Positions 42,934-55,122 of a DNA stretch of 64,000 nt are shown here, piece after piece (within the stretch, counting starts at the first letter, position 1; each line of letters begins with the position of its first letter). The notes beneath the pieces are model-generated. The model had not been told where the DNA came from. It did no database searches and was given only the letters and a program-made list of their open reading frames with translations. The DNA lies in sequence record OR525701.1. One strand, given 5' to 3'. A program made the translations under genes and the position numbers. The DNA is from Escherichia phage vB-Eco-KMB38.

Positions 42934-43421
42934 GTTTTAATAATCTCAATGATTTCATCTCGGGATAATCCATTGATAAGAACGATTTTCAAACCATCAC
43001 ACTGGATTTTGTACGATTCAAACAATACACACAACTCTTCTGCTGTATGATATGGACTTGAAATTCCGAGGCGGTTGAATTTGTCGGTAAGAGGGTCGCA
43101 AATAATGTAGAATTTTATACCTGCGATATGTACGTTTGGTTGACTAATATTAATGAACACATTAGCGTCGTATTTAGTCAAATTGTTTTGAAGAAATTCT
43201 ACCATGGCATTAACTGCTTCCGGCATTGCTTCACGTTTCTCTTCAGCGTATCGGGTGGAATACTCTTTTTGTTTTACTTTCTTTTTAAGATTTTTGGCCA
43301 GTGTAACACGTAGGTCAGTAAGATAACCAACTGGACGTCCTTTCTTAAAGACCCGGATTCCGTCAGTTGTATCTCCAAAAGCGGTTACGACCATATCGTT
43401 AGTAATCAATTGCATATTCAT
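42921..43421 (-). CDS. alc: Alc (blocks transcription of cytosine-containing DNA)
   Basis: 167 aa from ATG (MNMQLITND...) behind GAGGAGAAAA; early promoter upstream; same length as T4 Alc; track ORF is over-extended. Confidence 0.75.
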   Translation of the reverse strand: MNMQLITNDMVVTAFGDTTDGIRVFKKGRPVGYLTDLRVTLAKNLKKKVKQKEYSTRYAEEKREAMPEAVNAMVEFLQNNLTKYDANVFINISQPNVHIAGIKFYIICDPLTDKFNRLGISSPYHTAEELCVLFESYKIQCDGLKIVLINGLSRDEIIEIIKTCLK

Positions 43422-43451
43422 AATTTTCTCCTCGTGTTGTTGATAAAAGCC

Positions 43452-43481
43452 ATAGTAACACCTTCCTTGGTGTTTGTAAAC
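43452..43481 (-). promoter_or_regulatory. early promoter for alc
   Basis: Minus strand GTTTACaaacaccaaggaaggtgtTACTAT then caacaacacgaggagaaaatt-ATG. Confidence 0.65.
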
Positions 43482-43483
43482 CA

Positions 43484-44617
<1,134 letters not shown>

Positions 44618-44634
44618 TCAGTTAGTTTTTTTAA

Positions 44635-44664
44635 ATTGTACCACAATCCTTGTGGTGTGTAAAC
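44635..44664 (-). promoter_or_regulatory. early promoter for rnlA
   Basis: Minus strand GTTTACacaccacaaggattgtggTACAAT upstream of the rnlA ATG at 44608. Confidence 0.6.
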
Positions 44665-45074
44665 TACTTTTTCTTATGTTGGATATTCCAAGGCGGGTTG
44701 AACTTTTTGATAAAAAGTGGTTCTTCAAGGTCCATTGTTGCGATGGTCATTGAACCAAGTTCGTTGGTGACTGAAAGATCAAAACATTGGCGGGCCCAGA
44801 ATTCAACCTTTTTGCCTTGCATTAAGGCATCCAAAATCATAAGTGATTTTCTTGAATCTGAAGTCTGGTCTTTTCGATTTATGGCTGTTCGATAATAGTT
44901 AATGCGTTTCTTTAAATTCTTGGTTTTACCAATATACACAAGTTCGTCATCTATAGCAATAGCGTATATGACATTTTTCTTATTAGGGACATCAACTGTT
45001 TTAATTGTTGCATCTTCTAATAGCTCCAATTCTGTATATTTAATAAAGGAATATTCGGCGGCGATATCTTTCAT
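44664..45074 (-). CDS. denA: endonuclease II (GIY-YIG family)
   Basis: 136 aa; MKDIAAEYSFIKYTELEL...VIYAIAIDDELVYIGKTKNLKKRINYY matches T4 DenA as recalled. Confidence 0.92.
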   Translation of the reverse strand: MKDIAAEYSFIKYTELELLEDATIKTVDVPNKKNVIYAIAIDDELVYIGKTKNLKKRINYYRTAINRKDQTSDSRKSLMILDALMQGKKVEFWARQCFDLSVTNELGSMTIATMDLEEPLFIKKFNPPWNIQHKKK

Positions 45075-45100
45075 AATAAAGTGGGACCGAAGTCCCGTCC

Positions 45101-46279
45101 TTAGAAATATTTTTTGTATGAATTGATTACATTTTGGTCTACATCATTATCAATTTGTGCGACAAGATAAGAACTGATTTCAACTTCCTGAGGAGCTGCT
45201 TGAACTAAATCAGAGTTCAGATATTCACGAATCCAAGGATACGGATGTTTGGTCGGAGCATCAGTGATTGGGCATGGCAAACCACACTGTTTCATACGAG
45301 ACACAGTCAAGTAATCAACAAAAGCACACATACTCTGCGTATTGATACCTGGACATGTACCGTCTTTAAAGAGGTGTGCAGCCCATTCCTTCTCTTGTCT
45401 ATTTACTTCCATAAAAATGTCAACTGCTTCTTGTTCACATTCTTTAGCAATTTGAACCCACTCATCACCATCAGTACCAGATTGAAGTTGACGGATAATG
45501 TACTGAGTACCCTTGAGGTGGAGTTGTTCGTCACGAGCAATGAACTTCATAATCTTTGCATTACCTTCCATAATTTCCATATTTTTATGGAAGTTGAAAG
45601 TACATGCAAATGATACGTAAAAACGAATAGCTTCTAAGGCGTTGATAACATGCAAACAGAGATAAAGAGACTTCATTAAATCACGCTTAGCAGCGGCTTC
45701 TTGCTTAATAGCACGTTCTAATTGAAGGTCTGCACCAATTGACGCTTTGGCTAGTTCCGTGAATTCTTTCTGGTTTTCCCAATGACGAGTCTTGACTAGA
45801 ACATCATCGTAATATTTACCTATTGATTCAGCTCGTTTCATGATTGCTTCGTCTAATACAATCTCATCAAATACTTTGGATGGATCGGTATAAAGATTTC
45901 GCATGATATGAGTATATGAACGACTGTGAATAGTTTCACTGAAAGTCCATGTAGCAACCCATGTATCTAATGAAGGGTCTGAAAGCAATGACATAAGTAC
46001 CGCAGATGGTGCCCTGCCTTGGATAGAATCTAATAATGATTGATACTTAAGGTTGTTTGTAAAGATGTCCTGTTGGAACTGAGGAAGCTTATTGAACTGC
46101 GCAGAGTCCAACATCAAGTTTACCTCTTCAGGGCGCCAGAAAAATGACAATTGCTTTTCGGTCAAATCTTCAAAAACTTTATGGCGTTGAATATCATAAC
46201 GCGCAATACCAAGTCCAGAACCAAAGAACATCGGTTCGTTCAAAACATCGACTTGTTGTGTATTAAAAACTGTACTCAT
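45101..46279 (-). CDS. nrdB: ribonucleotide reductase small subunit NrdB (intronless)
   Basis: 392-aa continuous ORF; di-iron ligand motifs; no intron or HEG interruption. Confidence 0.92.
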   Translation of the reverse strand: MSTVFNTQQVDVLNEPMFFGSGLGIARYDIQRHKVFEDLTEKQLSFFWRPEEVNLMLDSAQFNKLPQFQQDIFTNNLKYQSLLDSIQGRAPSAVLMSLLSDPSLDTWVATWTFSETIHSRSYTHIMRNLYTDPSKVFDEIVLDEAIMKRAESIGKYYDDVLVKTRHWENQKEFTELAKASIGADLQLERAIKQEAAAKRDLMKSLYLCLHVINALEAIRFYVSFACTFNFHKNMEIMEGNAKIMKFIARDEQLHLKGTQYIIRQLQSGTDGDEWVQIAKECEQEAVDIFMEVNRQEKEWAAHLFKDGTCPGINTQSMCAFVDYLTVSRMKQCGLPCPITDAPTKHPYPWIREYLNSDLVQAAPQEVEISSYLVAQIDNDVDQNVINSYKKYF

Positions 46280-46333
46280 TATATTTTCTCACTTAGTTTT
46301 AACTCATCCATGAGTAAATTATAATCAAAAGTC

Positions 46334-48589
46334 TTAAAGCTTACAAGCAGAACAATCTTCAGCTTTAGGTGTTTCTAATTCATAGTCATCTGTACCTGAC
46401 CCATCACGAGTGTTATGATAGTAGAGGTTTTTTCCGCCAAAGTACCAGAAGTAAAGCAGATCGTCAAGCATTACTGACATTGGCACTTTACCTTTCTCAA
46501 ATACCGCAGGGTCATAGTAAGTATTAGCAGAAGCAGATTGGCACACCCATTTCAACATGATAGCAACTTGGGTCAAATAAGGTTTATTACCTTTCTTAGC
46601 AAGTTTCCACGCGTAGTCGTAAAGACTCATGTTATGTTCGATATTAGGAACAACCTGTCGGAAGTTGCCTTCTTTAGATTCTTTAATACTTACTGGACCG
46701 CGCGGGGGCTCAATCCCATTTGTAGAGTTCGATACTTGACTGCTTGACTCACAAGGCATGAGTGCAGACAACGTTGAGTTACGAATTCCATGTTCTTTGA
46801 GTTCAGCTCGAAGTTCTTCCCAGTTACAGACGTAGTTCGGGGCTGCGATTTGGTCAATCTTTTTATTGTACCAGTCGATAGGTAATTCGCCTCTAGACCA
46901 TTTAGTGTCTGAATAATACTCACAAGGTCCTTTTTCTTTGGCGAGTTTGATTGAAGCTTTGATAAGGCCATATTGCAATCTCTCAAACAATTCATGAGTC
47001 AAATCGTTAGCATCTTCATATGAAGCAAAGTTAGAAGCTAACCATGCAGCATAGTTCGTCACACCAACGCCGAGGTTTCGACGCTTTTTAGCTTTTAAAG
47101 CTTCTGGAACCGGATAATCTTGATAGTCTAACAGGTTATCAAGTGCACGTACTTGTACTTCAGCAAGTTCATTAATTTTATCTTGGTCTTGCCAATCAAA
47201 TTTATCTAATACAAAAGCAGATAACGTGCATAAACCAATTTCAGCATCAGGACCATTCACATCATTAGTTGGAATAGCGATTTCACAACATAAGTTACTC
47301 TGACGAATTGGAGCTTTTTCACGAATAAACGGAGTGTAGTTATTCGTGTTATCAACAAACTGTGGATAAATTCGAGCAGTACCAGAACGTTCAGTCATGA
47401 ACAATTCAAAGAGTTCTAGTGCTTTGATTCTTTTCTTTCTGATTGTTGGGTCTTTTTCAGCTTTCTCATAAAGCTCACGGAATTTATCTTGATCTTCAAA
47501 GAACGAGTAGTATAGTTCGCCTGACATTTCGTGAGGGCTAAATAAAGTAATATAATCATTTTTACCAAGGCGTTCCATCATAAGGTCATTAATCTGAATT
47601 CCGTAGTCCATATGTCGAATACGGTTTTCATCCACGCCTTTGTTATTTTTCAGAACTAATAGGTTCTCTACTTCTAAGTGCCACATCGGATAATACGCTG
47701 TAGCAGCACCGCCACGAATACCACCTTGAGAACAAGATTTTACTGCAGTTTGGAAATGTTTCCAGAATGGAATAACACCCGTATGTCGAACTTCACCCAT
47801 ACCGATCTTAGAACCTTCTGCACGAAGCATGCCAACGTTGATACCGATACCAGCTCGTTTAGAAATATATTCAATAATTGATGCTGAAGTTTTGTTAATA
47901 GATTTTAACGAATCACCGGCTTCAATAACTACACAACTAGAGAACTGGCGAGTCGGAGTACGAGCACCTGCCATAATTGGGGTTGGCAATGAAACTTGAT
48001 GAGTAGAAACAGCATCATAAAAACGAATAATATGTTTCAAACGGTCATGAGTTTCGTCTTGATGTAAGGCCATACCAATAGCCATGATAGCAAACTGGGG
48101 AGTTTCATAAATCTTACCAGTTGTTTTATCTTTAACCAGGTATTTTTCTTTAAGCTGCATAGCACCAGCATAAGTCAGGTCAAAATCTCGCTCATGTTTA
48201 ATCCGAGAATCAAGATAAATGATTTCTTCTGCAGAATATCTAGACAACAACTCAGGATCGTATTTGCCTTCATTAACACAGTAAGAAATATGGTCGATAA
48301 AAGCAGGTGGTTCAAACTGCCCATATACATCTTTACGAAGTGCAAACATTAATCCTTTAGCAGCAACATATTGATAATCAGGTTCTTCGACAGAAATCGA
48401 GTTAGCTGCAACTTTAATACAAATCTTCTGAATATCTTTGGTGCTCATCCCATCGACAAGATGGGTCTTAATTTCTTCATACAATTCATACGGGTCGATT
48501 TGTGTTCCTTCACATTGCCAAGTTAAGACTTGAATAATTTTCTGTGCATCAAAATTTTGGGATACACCACTGCTCTTAGTTACTTGCAT
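46334..48589 (-). CDS. nrdA: ribonucleotide reductase large subunit NrdA
   Basis: 751 aa; class Ia RNR; C-terminal CxxC redox pair (...DCSACKL). Confidence 0.93.
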   Translation of the reverse strand: MQVTKSSGVSQNFDAQKIIQVLTWQCEGTQIDPYELYEEIKTHLVDGMSTKDIQKICIKVAANSISVEEPDYQYVAAKGLMFALRKDVYGQFEPPAFIDHISYCVNEGKYDPELLSRYSAEEIIYLDSRIKHERDFDLTYAGAMQLKEKYLVKDKTTGKIYETPQFAIMAIGMALHQDETHDRLKHIIRFYDAVSTHQVSLPTPIMAGARTPTRQFSSCVVIEAGDSLKSINKTSASIIEYISKRAGIGINVGMLRAEGSKIGMGEVRHTGVIPFWKHFQTAVKSCSQGGIRGGAATAYYPMWHLEVENLLVLKNNKGVDENRIRHMDYGIQINDLMMERLGKNDYITLFSPHEMSGELYYSFFEDQDKFRELYEKAEKDPTIRKKRIKALELFELFMTERSGTARIYPQFVDNTNNYTPFIREKAPIRQSNLCCEIAIPTNDVNGPDAEIGLCTLSAFVLDKFDWQDQDKINELAEVQVRALDNLLDYQDYPVPEALKAKKRRNLGVGVTNYAAWLASNFASYEDANDLTHELFERLQYGLIKASIKLAKEKGPCEYYSDTKWSRGELPIDWYNKKIDQIAAPNYVCNWEELRAELKEHGIRNSTLSALMPCESSSQVSNSTNGIEPPRGPVSIKESKEGNFRQVVPNIEHNMSLYDYAWKLAKKGNKPYLTQVAIMLKWVCQSASANTYYDPAVFEKGKVPMSVMLDDLLYFWYFGGKNLYYHNTRDGSGTDDYELETPKAEDCSACKL

Positions 48590-48676
48590 ATATTCCTCAG
48601 TATAGGTTGATAGACATTACTCCAAACGGGATAGTATTTATCCCGTTAATTTATTATACACTTTTAAACTGAAGCG

Positions 48677-48931
48677 TTAATTATTCTTAGCAATAATTTC
48701 TTTGTATTCTTTAGGAGTCAAGACTGTGATATCAAAATAAACCAATGGTTCTTTTTCCATACCGTAACCACCACAAAATTCACGATATTCATAAATTCGT
48801 TCGTGTGAATGGCAAATGAATCGTTCACCTTTAACTGTGATTTCACTATTTGGTGAAGGGATATCTAGTTCGGTAGGATTTTTCATTTCAAAAATTGTGG
48901 TGCCATATGAATTAATAAAACGTAAAATCAT
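48677..48931 (-). CDS. hypothetical protein
   Basis: 84-aa ORF coupled to the td stop. Confidence 0.55.
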   Translation of the reverse strand: MILRFINSYGTTIFEMKNPTELDIPSPNSEITVKGERFICHSHERIYEYREFCGGYGMEKEPLVYFDITVLTPKEYKEIIAKNN

Positions 48932-48932
48932 T

Positions 48933-49793
48933 TTATACCGCCATTTTAGCTTTGATAGCTGGATGTGATTCGTAATTTTTAAGAACGAAATCAGAATGTG
49001 TCATTGTTCCAGTAACCCAGTCCATTTGGATTTTTGTAGGCCAATTCTCAAAATTACTAGGCCAATTAATTTCAAGAGAACATAACTCTTTAGGTTCACG
49101 ACGAAGAACTTCTTTGCATTGTTCTACATGATTGCTGTAGATATGCGTGTTGCCGCCTGAGAACACTAAATCACCTGGGATAAGATTACACATCTTCGCT
49201 ACAATATGCGTCAAGGCAGCGTACGAGGCAATGTTGAATGGCAGGCCCAAGAAAACATCTACACTGCGTTGATACCATTGTAAATCAAGGTGACCATTAC
49301 GCACATTAAATTGATAGAACATATGACAAGGAGGAAGAGCCATTTGGTCAATTTCTGCAGGGTTCCATGCAGAAACTATTTGTCGACGATCATTAGGAAG
49401 AGCTTTAATACGGTCAATAGTTTTGACCAATTGGTCTACACCACCAAAATCACGCCATTGCTTACCGTAAATAGGACCAAGTTCACCACTATGATAACCA
49501 AGGTCTTTTGCCTGATTTTCATAGTTGTCGTCCCAAATAGTTTTGCCTTCAATTAGACTACCATGAGTACGAATACGCAAATCATTAACATTGGTAGAAC
49601 CAGACATGAACCACAGTAGTTCGGCAATACAAGCTTTCCATGCTAATTTCTTAGTTGTTACTGCAGGGAATCCTTTAGTCAGGTCCCAACGTAATTTAGT
49701 TCCGAACAGGGCAATAGTGCCGATACCTGTACGGTCATCTGTTTCGTAGCCGTTTTCAAGGATATTTTTAATTAAATCTTGGTATTGTTTCAT
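48933..49793 (-). CDS. td: thymidylate synthase (intronless)
   Basis: 286 aa, same as T4 Td; continuous ORF with no intron; active-site region ...ALPPCHMFYQF... Confidence 0.93.
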   Translation of the reverse strand: MKQYQDLIKNILENGYETDDRTGIGTIALFGTKLRWDLTKGFPAVTTKKLAWKACIAELLWFMSGSTNVNDLRIRTHGSLIEGKTIWDDNYENQAKDLGYHSGELGPIYGKQWRDFGGVDQLVKTIDRIKALPNDRRQIVSAWNPAEIDQMALPPCHMFYQFNVRNGHLDLQWYQRSVDVFLGLPFNIASYAALTHIVAKMCNLIPGDLVFSGGNTHIYSNHVEQCKEVLRREPKELCSLEINWPSNFENWPTKIQMDWVTGTMTHSDFVLKNYESHPAIKAKMAV

Positions 49794-49806
49794 TTAGCAC
49801 CTATAA

Positions 49807-50764
<958 letters not shown>

Positions 50765-51007
50765 TCAAAACCCCTTTTCAATAAACCATTCAGTGGCTTT
50801 ATTAGCGTCAAAGAAAACTTCTTCATATGTCTTTTCTTTGTTTTCAAAAACTGTCACACAAACACGTTGACATTCTCCACAGTATTCTTCTGACATACTC
50901 AAAGCGTCAGAAAACATTTCATTAAATTCACTTAAATCGGGATTATGCAATGCGTTAAAAATTGCATAATCGAATTCGTCATTCATAAATTCAAATACAA
51001 AAATCAT
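50765..51007 (-). CDS. hypothetical protein (frd.1-like)
   Basis: 80 aa from ATG behind GAGGAAAAATAAT; track ORF is extended upstream. Confidence 0.55.
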   Translation of the reverse strand: MIFVFEFMNDEFDYAIFNALHNPDLSEFNEMFSDALSMSEEYCGECQRVCVTVFENKEKTYEEVFFDANKATEWFIEKGF

Positions 51008-51018
51008 ATTATTTTTCC

Positions 51019-51261
51019 TCAAACAGACTTTTTCACAATTTTCCAATCAGCTTTAAACGATTCAACATCAGAGTGGTGAATCCAGAATCCTGCACTTTCA
51101 CCATCTTCATAGAGTGGACATCCATCGCATTCATCTTCCCAACCCATATCGCGTAAAAGATGTTCAGCTTTTTCAACAAGTTCAGCGTCTTTACCGACGA
51201 TGTTGAAGTACCATTTACCTCTAACTTCAGAATCTTTGATGCTCTGACGTTGCAATCTCAT
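51019..51261 (-). CDS. hypothetical protein (frd.2-like)
   Basis: 80 aa from ATG behind AAGGAGA; the track ORF uses an upstream GTG. Confidence 0.55.
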   Translation of the reverse strand: MRLQRQSIKDSEVRGKWYFNIVGKDAELVEKAEHLLRDMGWEDECDGCPLYEDGESAGFWIHHSDVESFKADWKIVKKSV

Positions 51262-51322
51262 TTTATTCTCCTTCACTTTTATTTGATAGGGCTACTATAA
51301 CATAGCCCTATCTTATTATAAA

Positions 51323-51709
51323 CTACTTTTTAAAAGTTTTTTGCAAAAGTTCGATGATTTCGTCGACGTTGGTTTCATCTACGATACAATGGATTTTTGT
51401 TACACCTAAAGTTATACCTTCGTTAGTAGGTTGAGGCTTTTCTAAAGTTACCTCAGTAAAGTATTTGAATTCTTCAGAGTAAATCTCAAAATACGTCTCA
51501 AGTGGGCCACCAGCCGTGTATTCAGTGCCATCTTCCATAGTTACACGTACCACACAATCACCAGCACAATCATCACTTTCCATTTCATCTACAACAAAAC
51601 TAGGTCCGTGCTTCTCTATTAAATTTAGCATCATTACATTGCAACGGCACTCGTTAGCAAAGTCATTTTTAAATAAAGGGTTAATGATATAAGATTTTCC
51701 GATTTCCAT
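51323..51709 (-). CDS. hypothetical protein (frd.3-like)
   Basis: 128 aa; early promoter and GAGGAAA RBS upstream. Confidence 0.6.
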   Translation of the reverse strand: MEIGKSYIINPLFKNDFANECRCNVMMLNLIEKHGPSFVVDEMESDDCAGDCVVRVTMEDGTEYTAGGPLETYFEIYSEEFKYFTEVTLEKPQPTNEGITLGVTKIHCIVDETNVDEIIELLQKTFKK

Positions 51710-51738
51710 TTTGATTTCCTCATGTTGTTGATAGGTCT

Positions 51739-51767
51739 ATACTAACACATCTATGGAAGAAGTAAAC
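51739..51767 (-). promoter_or_regulatory. early promoter
   Basis: Minus strand GTTTACttcttccatagatgtgtTAGTAT then caacaacatgaggaaatcaaa-ATG at 51709. Confidence 0.65.
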
Positions 51768-51789
51768 AACTTTTTCGGTAATTTACAGA

Positions 51790-51816
51790 TACTCAAAAGG
51801 GAGACCGAAGTCTCCC
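51790..51816 (-). terminator. terminator after gene 32
   Basis: Minus strand gggagacTTCGgtctccc followed by TTTTGAG. Confidence 0.75.
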
Positions 51817-51822
51817 AATTTA

Positions 51823-52725
51823 TTATAGACCAGCTAACAGGTCATCGAGGTCGCCATCATCAGAGGATGAGGTAGAGCTCATGAAGTCATCTTCAGTTTT
51901 TGCAGAACTAAAGGCTTCCATGTCTTTATCAAAATCGTCAAGGTCAGAAGCAACTTTATCTGCAACAGAAGCTGCTGCGGCTGCTGCACCACCAAGAGCG
52001 GCGGTACCAAGAACCTTAGCGAAAGATTCATTTAATTTTTCAAAGGATTTGAACTGGTCTTTAGCCGTCAAAGTAGTAAGGTCTACCATCTGGTCATACA
52101 GTTCTTTCTGGAATGCTTCGTCATTAATACGAGGAATTTCAGATTGACCCAAGAATTTAGATTCGTCATAGTTGCTAAAACCTGAAACCTGCTTAGCTTT
52201 CAGAACAAAGTTAGCACCTTCAAACGGACAAGTAACGTCAACTGGAGTTTCACCCATTTCGGTATCAACAGCAATCATTGCATTGATTTTGTCCCAAATC
52301 TTTTTACCGAAACGATATTTAAATACTTTACCTTCGTTATCTGGAGCTTGAGGGTCTTTAACAACCAGAATATTAGCCCAATAAGAAGTTTTACGTTTCA
52401 GTTGAGAATATTCAGCTTTGTTGGTATTGTACAGGTCATTTTTACTAATGTACTGACATACAGGACAAGAGTCATAATCACCATGTGTAGAAGAGCAATT
52501 TTCAATATACCATTTACCATTTTTCTTGAAACCGTGGTTAACAAGAATTGCAAATGGTAGTGCATCATCAGTTTTTGCTGGCAAGAAACGAATTACCGCT
52601 TGACCATTACCGGATGCATCTAGCTTCAGCTTCCATTCGCCTTTATCTTCTGAAGAGAAACCTTTGTTACCGTTCAGTTTAGCCATTTGAGCAGCGAGGT
52701 CAGCAGTAGATTTACGTTTAAACAT
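51823..52725 (-). CDS. 32: single-stranded DNA-binding protein gp32
   Basis: 300 aa; [36 protein letters not shown]... closely matches T4 gp32 as recalled; acidic C-terminus. Confidence 0.96.
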   Translation of the reverse strand: MFKRKSTADLAAQMAKLNGNKGFSSEDKGEWKLKLDASGNGQAVIRFLPAKTDDALPFAILVNHGFKKNGKWYIENCSSTHGDYDSCPVCQYISKNDLYNTNKAEYSQLKRKTSYWANILVVKDPQAPDNEGKVFKYRFGKKIWDKINAMIAVDTEMGETPVDVTCPFEGANFVLKAKQVSGFSNYDESKFLGQSEIPRINDEAFQKELYDQMVDLTTLTAKDQFKSFEKLNESFAKVLGTAALGGAAAAAASVADKVASDLDDFDKDMEAFSSAKTEDDFMSSTSSSDDGDLDDLLAGL

Positions 52726-52841
52726 TATATTTACCTTTATTTAGATTATTTAATTTATTTACAGTTGGTTGCTACGACACTTATACCTCGTAGCTGGTAT
52801 GATTTATTTATAAAGTAATTTTAACACACAAGAAATAAAGC
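52726..52841 (-). promoter_or_regulatory. gene 32 leader: hairpin plus AU-rich repeats (candidate translational operator), MotA-like box and TATAAATA
   Basis: Minus strand has aaGCTTTAT-N12-TAAAAT, TATAAATA (plus 52805-52812), hairpin gctacgag...tcgtagc, then a UAAAU-rich unstructured stretch before the ATG. Confidence 0.45.
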
Positions 52842-53495
52842 TTAATACTTACATGATTTTATTGTTTCTATGAACAATTTCTTAGCAGCATTTCCATCGA
52901 TTTGAAGTATTTTTCGATATGCCTTTAATTTGGTAGAATAATTTTGCCAGACTAAATTGTCAGTAAGTTCATCATGCTTATCTATAATATTCAAGAATGA
53001 ATCCAACAACAAGAAGGTTTCAAACGAAATTATATTGCTTTGTAGCAATTTAAATATGTAGCTCGACTGAACTTTATTATTATAATCAAATATCTCTTGA
53101 AGCGCACTAACTTCCACTTTCTTACTGAAATAGTAGATGTTACGTACATCTTCAGCAAACGTCTCCTTGGCTTGTTTGAGACGTCCAATATATTCCCTAT
53201 AGAAAACTAATGCATCAGCGTCTGAGATCTCACCAATCCATGCATCTTGGTTAGCAACTAAGTTACTTATGAATATCAAGGTGAGTTCCTTCAATTTATA
53301 TTTCTCTGCTAGTTTTTCAAAGAAATATTTATCTCGGCGTTTTTGATACGCATTATCCGAAACACGCATGCACCAGTTATATTTGATTACGTCATACCGA
53401 CCATTAAAATGTTGTTTGCACATCAAGTATAGTTTGTATACCGATTTTCCATTAATATAACGTTCTCCGTCAGGAGGCATGCGTATTTTAATCAT
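52842..53495 (-). CDS. 59: helicase loader gp59
   Basis: 217 aa, same as T4 gp59; close match as recalled. Confidence 0.93.
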   Translation of the reverse strand: MIKIRMPPDGERYINGKSVYKLYLMCKQHFNGRYDVIKYNWCMRVSDNAYQKRRDKYFFEKLAEKYKLKELTLIFISNLVANQDAWIGEISDADALVFYREYIGRLKQAKETFAEDVRNIYYFSKKVEVSALQEIFDYNNKVQSSYIFKLLQSNIISFETFLLLDSFLNIIDKHDELTDNLVWQNYSTKLKAYRKILQIDGNAAKKLFIETIKSCKY

Positions 53496-53830
53496 AATAA
53501 GAAATCTAACGTATTAGTTTTTTCACCACGAGCAACTGATGGGCGAAGCATGTTTTCGTCAATTGCTTCGCTTGTAATTTTTTCAACAATTCCTGTAGGA
53601 ATAAATTTAGCAAATTGTGTTTCTGGAATAGAATTTTCTTCCAAGAAAGCAGTTGTTGCTTCTAAATAAGTCATACCAAATTGCTCAACCATGGATTCGA
53701 TAATGAATCCGTTTTCTTGACGGTCAAGCAATTTAGCGATATCATCTTTATCATGTTTTACTGCTAATTCTTGTTCAGATAAACCGGTCTCATCAACCGG
53801 TTTAATATCACTTAGTGAAAACTGTGTCAT
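53492..53830 (-). CDS. 33: late transcription co-activator gp33
   Basis: 112 aa, same as T4 gp33. Confidence 0.9.
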   Translation of the reverse strand: MTQFSLSDIKPVDETGLSEQELAVKHDKDDIAKLLDRQENGFIIESMVEQFGMTYLEATTAFLEENSIPETQFAKFIPTGIVEKITSEAIDENMLRPSVARGEKTNTLDFLL

Positions 53831-54077
53831 AAAGCTCGACTACCTCTTCGTTTTCAGCTTCAAATTGGTCACGAGCATCTTTATGATAAAGAGCTAACAA
53901 ACGATTAAACATTTTTCCATCAACGCCAAGCTCTTCTTTAGCACGAGTACGAATGTCTTTAATCAGTTCATTATAACCAGAAATTTTAAGTTTGTTATCG
54001 GAAGCTTCCTTGACTAGTTTAGCCAGTTCTTCACCATGCACATCTTGATTAAATTCAACTGCTTCTTTCTTAGCCAT
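53808..54077 (-). CDS. dsbA: dsDNA-binding protein DsbA
   Basis: 89 aa from ATG (MAKKEAVEF...), matching T4 DsbA length; the track ORF starts 6 codons upstream. Confidence 0.85.
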   Translation of the reverse strand: MAKKEAVEFNQDVHGEELAKLVKEASDNKLKISGYNELIKDIRTRAKEELGVDGKMFNRLLALYHKDARDQFEAENEEVVELYDTVFTK

Positions 54078-54084
54078 GTTTACC

Positions 54085-55002
54085 TCAGAATTCATTAATT
54101 ACACTTGTTAATTTAGAAAGACCGGATTTTACAAAGTATGAATAAATCTTGCCTTTAGGTTGTGGTTTATATGAGTTATAATACTCTATAATGGTTGAAG
54201 CAATATTATCAGGGATATAATCAAAATCAATGAGAACCAAATTTTCTTGATACCGTTTATATTCTTCTGCACTTAATAATACTTCAGCTTGAGAACGGTC
54301 ATTGGCAATTGCTTCAATAATTGATGTTTTCATGCTTGGAGTTCGTTCACCATCAACTCTGGTAAACCAGAAGTCGCCACGAACTCGAACAGATGCAACG
54401 CCATCTTTACGGTCGCCTTTAAGAATTTTAGTCATGCAATCAATTTCAGCAGAACCGTTCTTAATTTTAACCCATTTTTTCTGTGGTGGTGACCACTGTT
54501 TAACGTTAGGATATTTGTGTAATTGTGTAAAGTCACCATCTGATGCAACAATACATACCTTATGACCAGCTAATGACAAATATTTAGTTAATACACCGAT
54601 ATGGTCATCCGCTTCATATTTGTCAATATCCATTACAACGTATGGCATGTATTTCTTAATCTCATCAACAACTTGACGGAGTGCAGTAAAATATCCTTCC
54701 CAATCCCACTTTGAAGCTTCACGATCAGTTTTACGATTTTTCTTGTAATAGTAAGCAAAGTCACGTCGCCAATAACCTGAAGTAGCATTATCCATACACA
54801 ATACAAATTTTGTATAGCCTTGCTTACGGAACATCACTACGTTTTTACGAATTGAATTCAAGATTACATGGCGAACCATCGGAACAGTAATTTTATCGCC
54901 GTCTTCAAAGTTGTTTAATGCGGCTGCCAATGCAATGTTACTAAAGTCGGCAAGTGCAATACCTTCTTTGTAATCTTCATCCAACATCATTTCTAAATCC
55001 AT
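54085..55002 (-). CDS. rnh: RNase H (5'-3' exonuclease / flap endonuclease)
   Basis: 305 aa; MDLEMMLDEDYKEG... matches T4 RNase H as recalled. Confidence 0.93.
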   Translation of the reverse strand: MDLEMMLDEDYKEGIALADFSNIALAAALNNFEDGDKITVPMVRHVILNSIRKNVVMFRKQGYTKFVLCMDNATSGYWRRDFAYYYKKNRKTDREASKWDWEGYFTALRQVVDEIKKYMPYVVMDIDKYEADDHIGVLTKYLSLAGHKVCIVASDGDFTQLHKYPNVKQWSPPQKKWVKIKNGSAEIDCMTKILKGDRKDGVASVRVRGDFWFTRVDGERTPSMKTSIIEAIANDRSQAEVLLSAEEYKRYQENLVLIDFDYIPDNIASTIIEYYNSYKPQPKGKIYSYFVKSGLSKLTSVINEF

Positions 55003-55035
55003 ATGAACCTCTTGTTCAGTTAGTCAACTTAGACC

Positions 55036-55065
55036 ATAGTAACATACTAGTTCGAAAGCGTAAAT
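55036..55065 (-). promoter_or_regulatory. early promoter for rnh
   Basis: Minus strand ATTTACgctttcgaactagtatgtTACTAT upstream of the rnh ATG at 55002. Confidence 0.55.
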
Positions 55066-55080
55066 AGTCTTTTACTCATT

Positions 55081-55088
55081 TATAAATA
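55081..55088 (+). promoter_or_regulatory. late promoter TATAAATA (gene 34)
   Basis: Exact TATAAATA 35 nt upstream of the gene 34 ATG. Confidence 0.75.
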
Positions 55089-55122
55089 GTAAAATAGAAC
55101 ACATAATGATAAGAGGACTACC

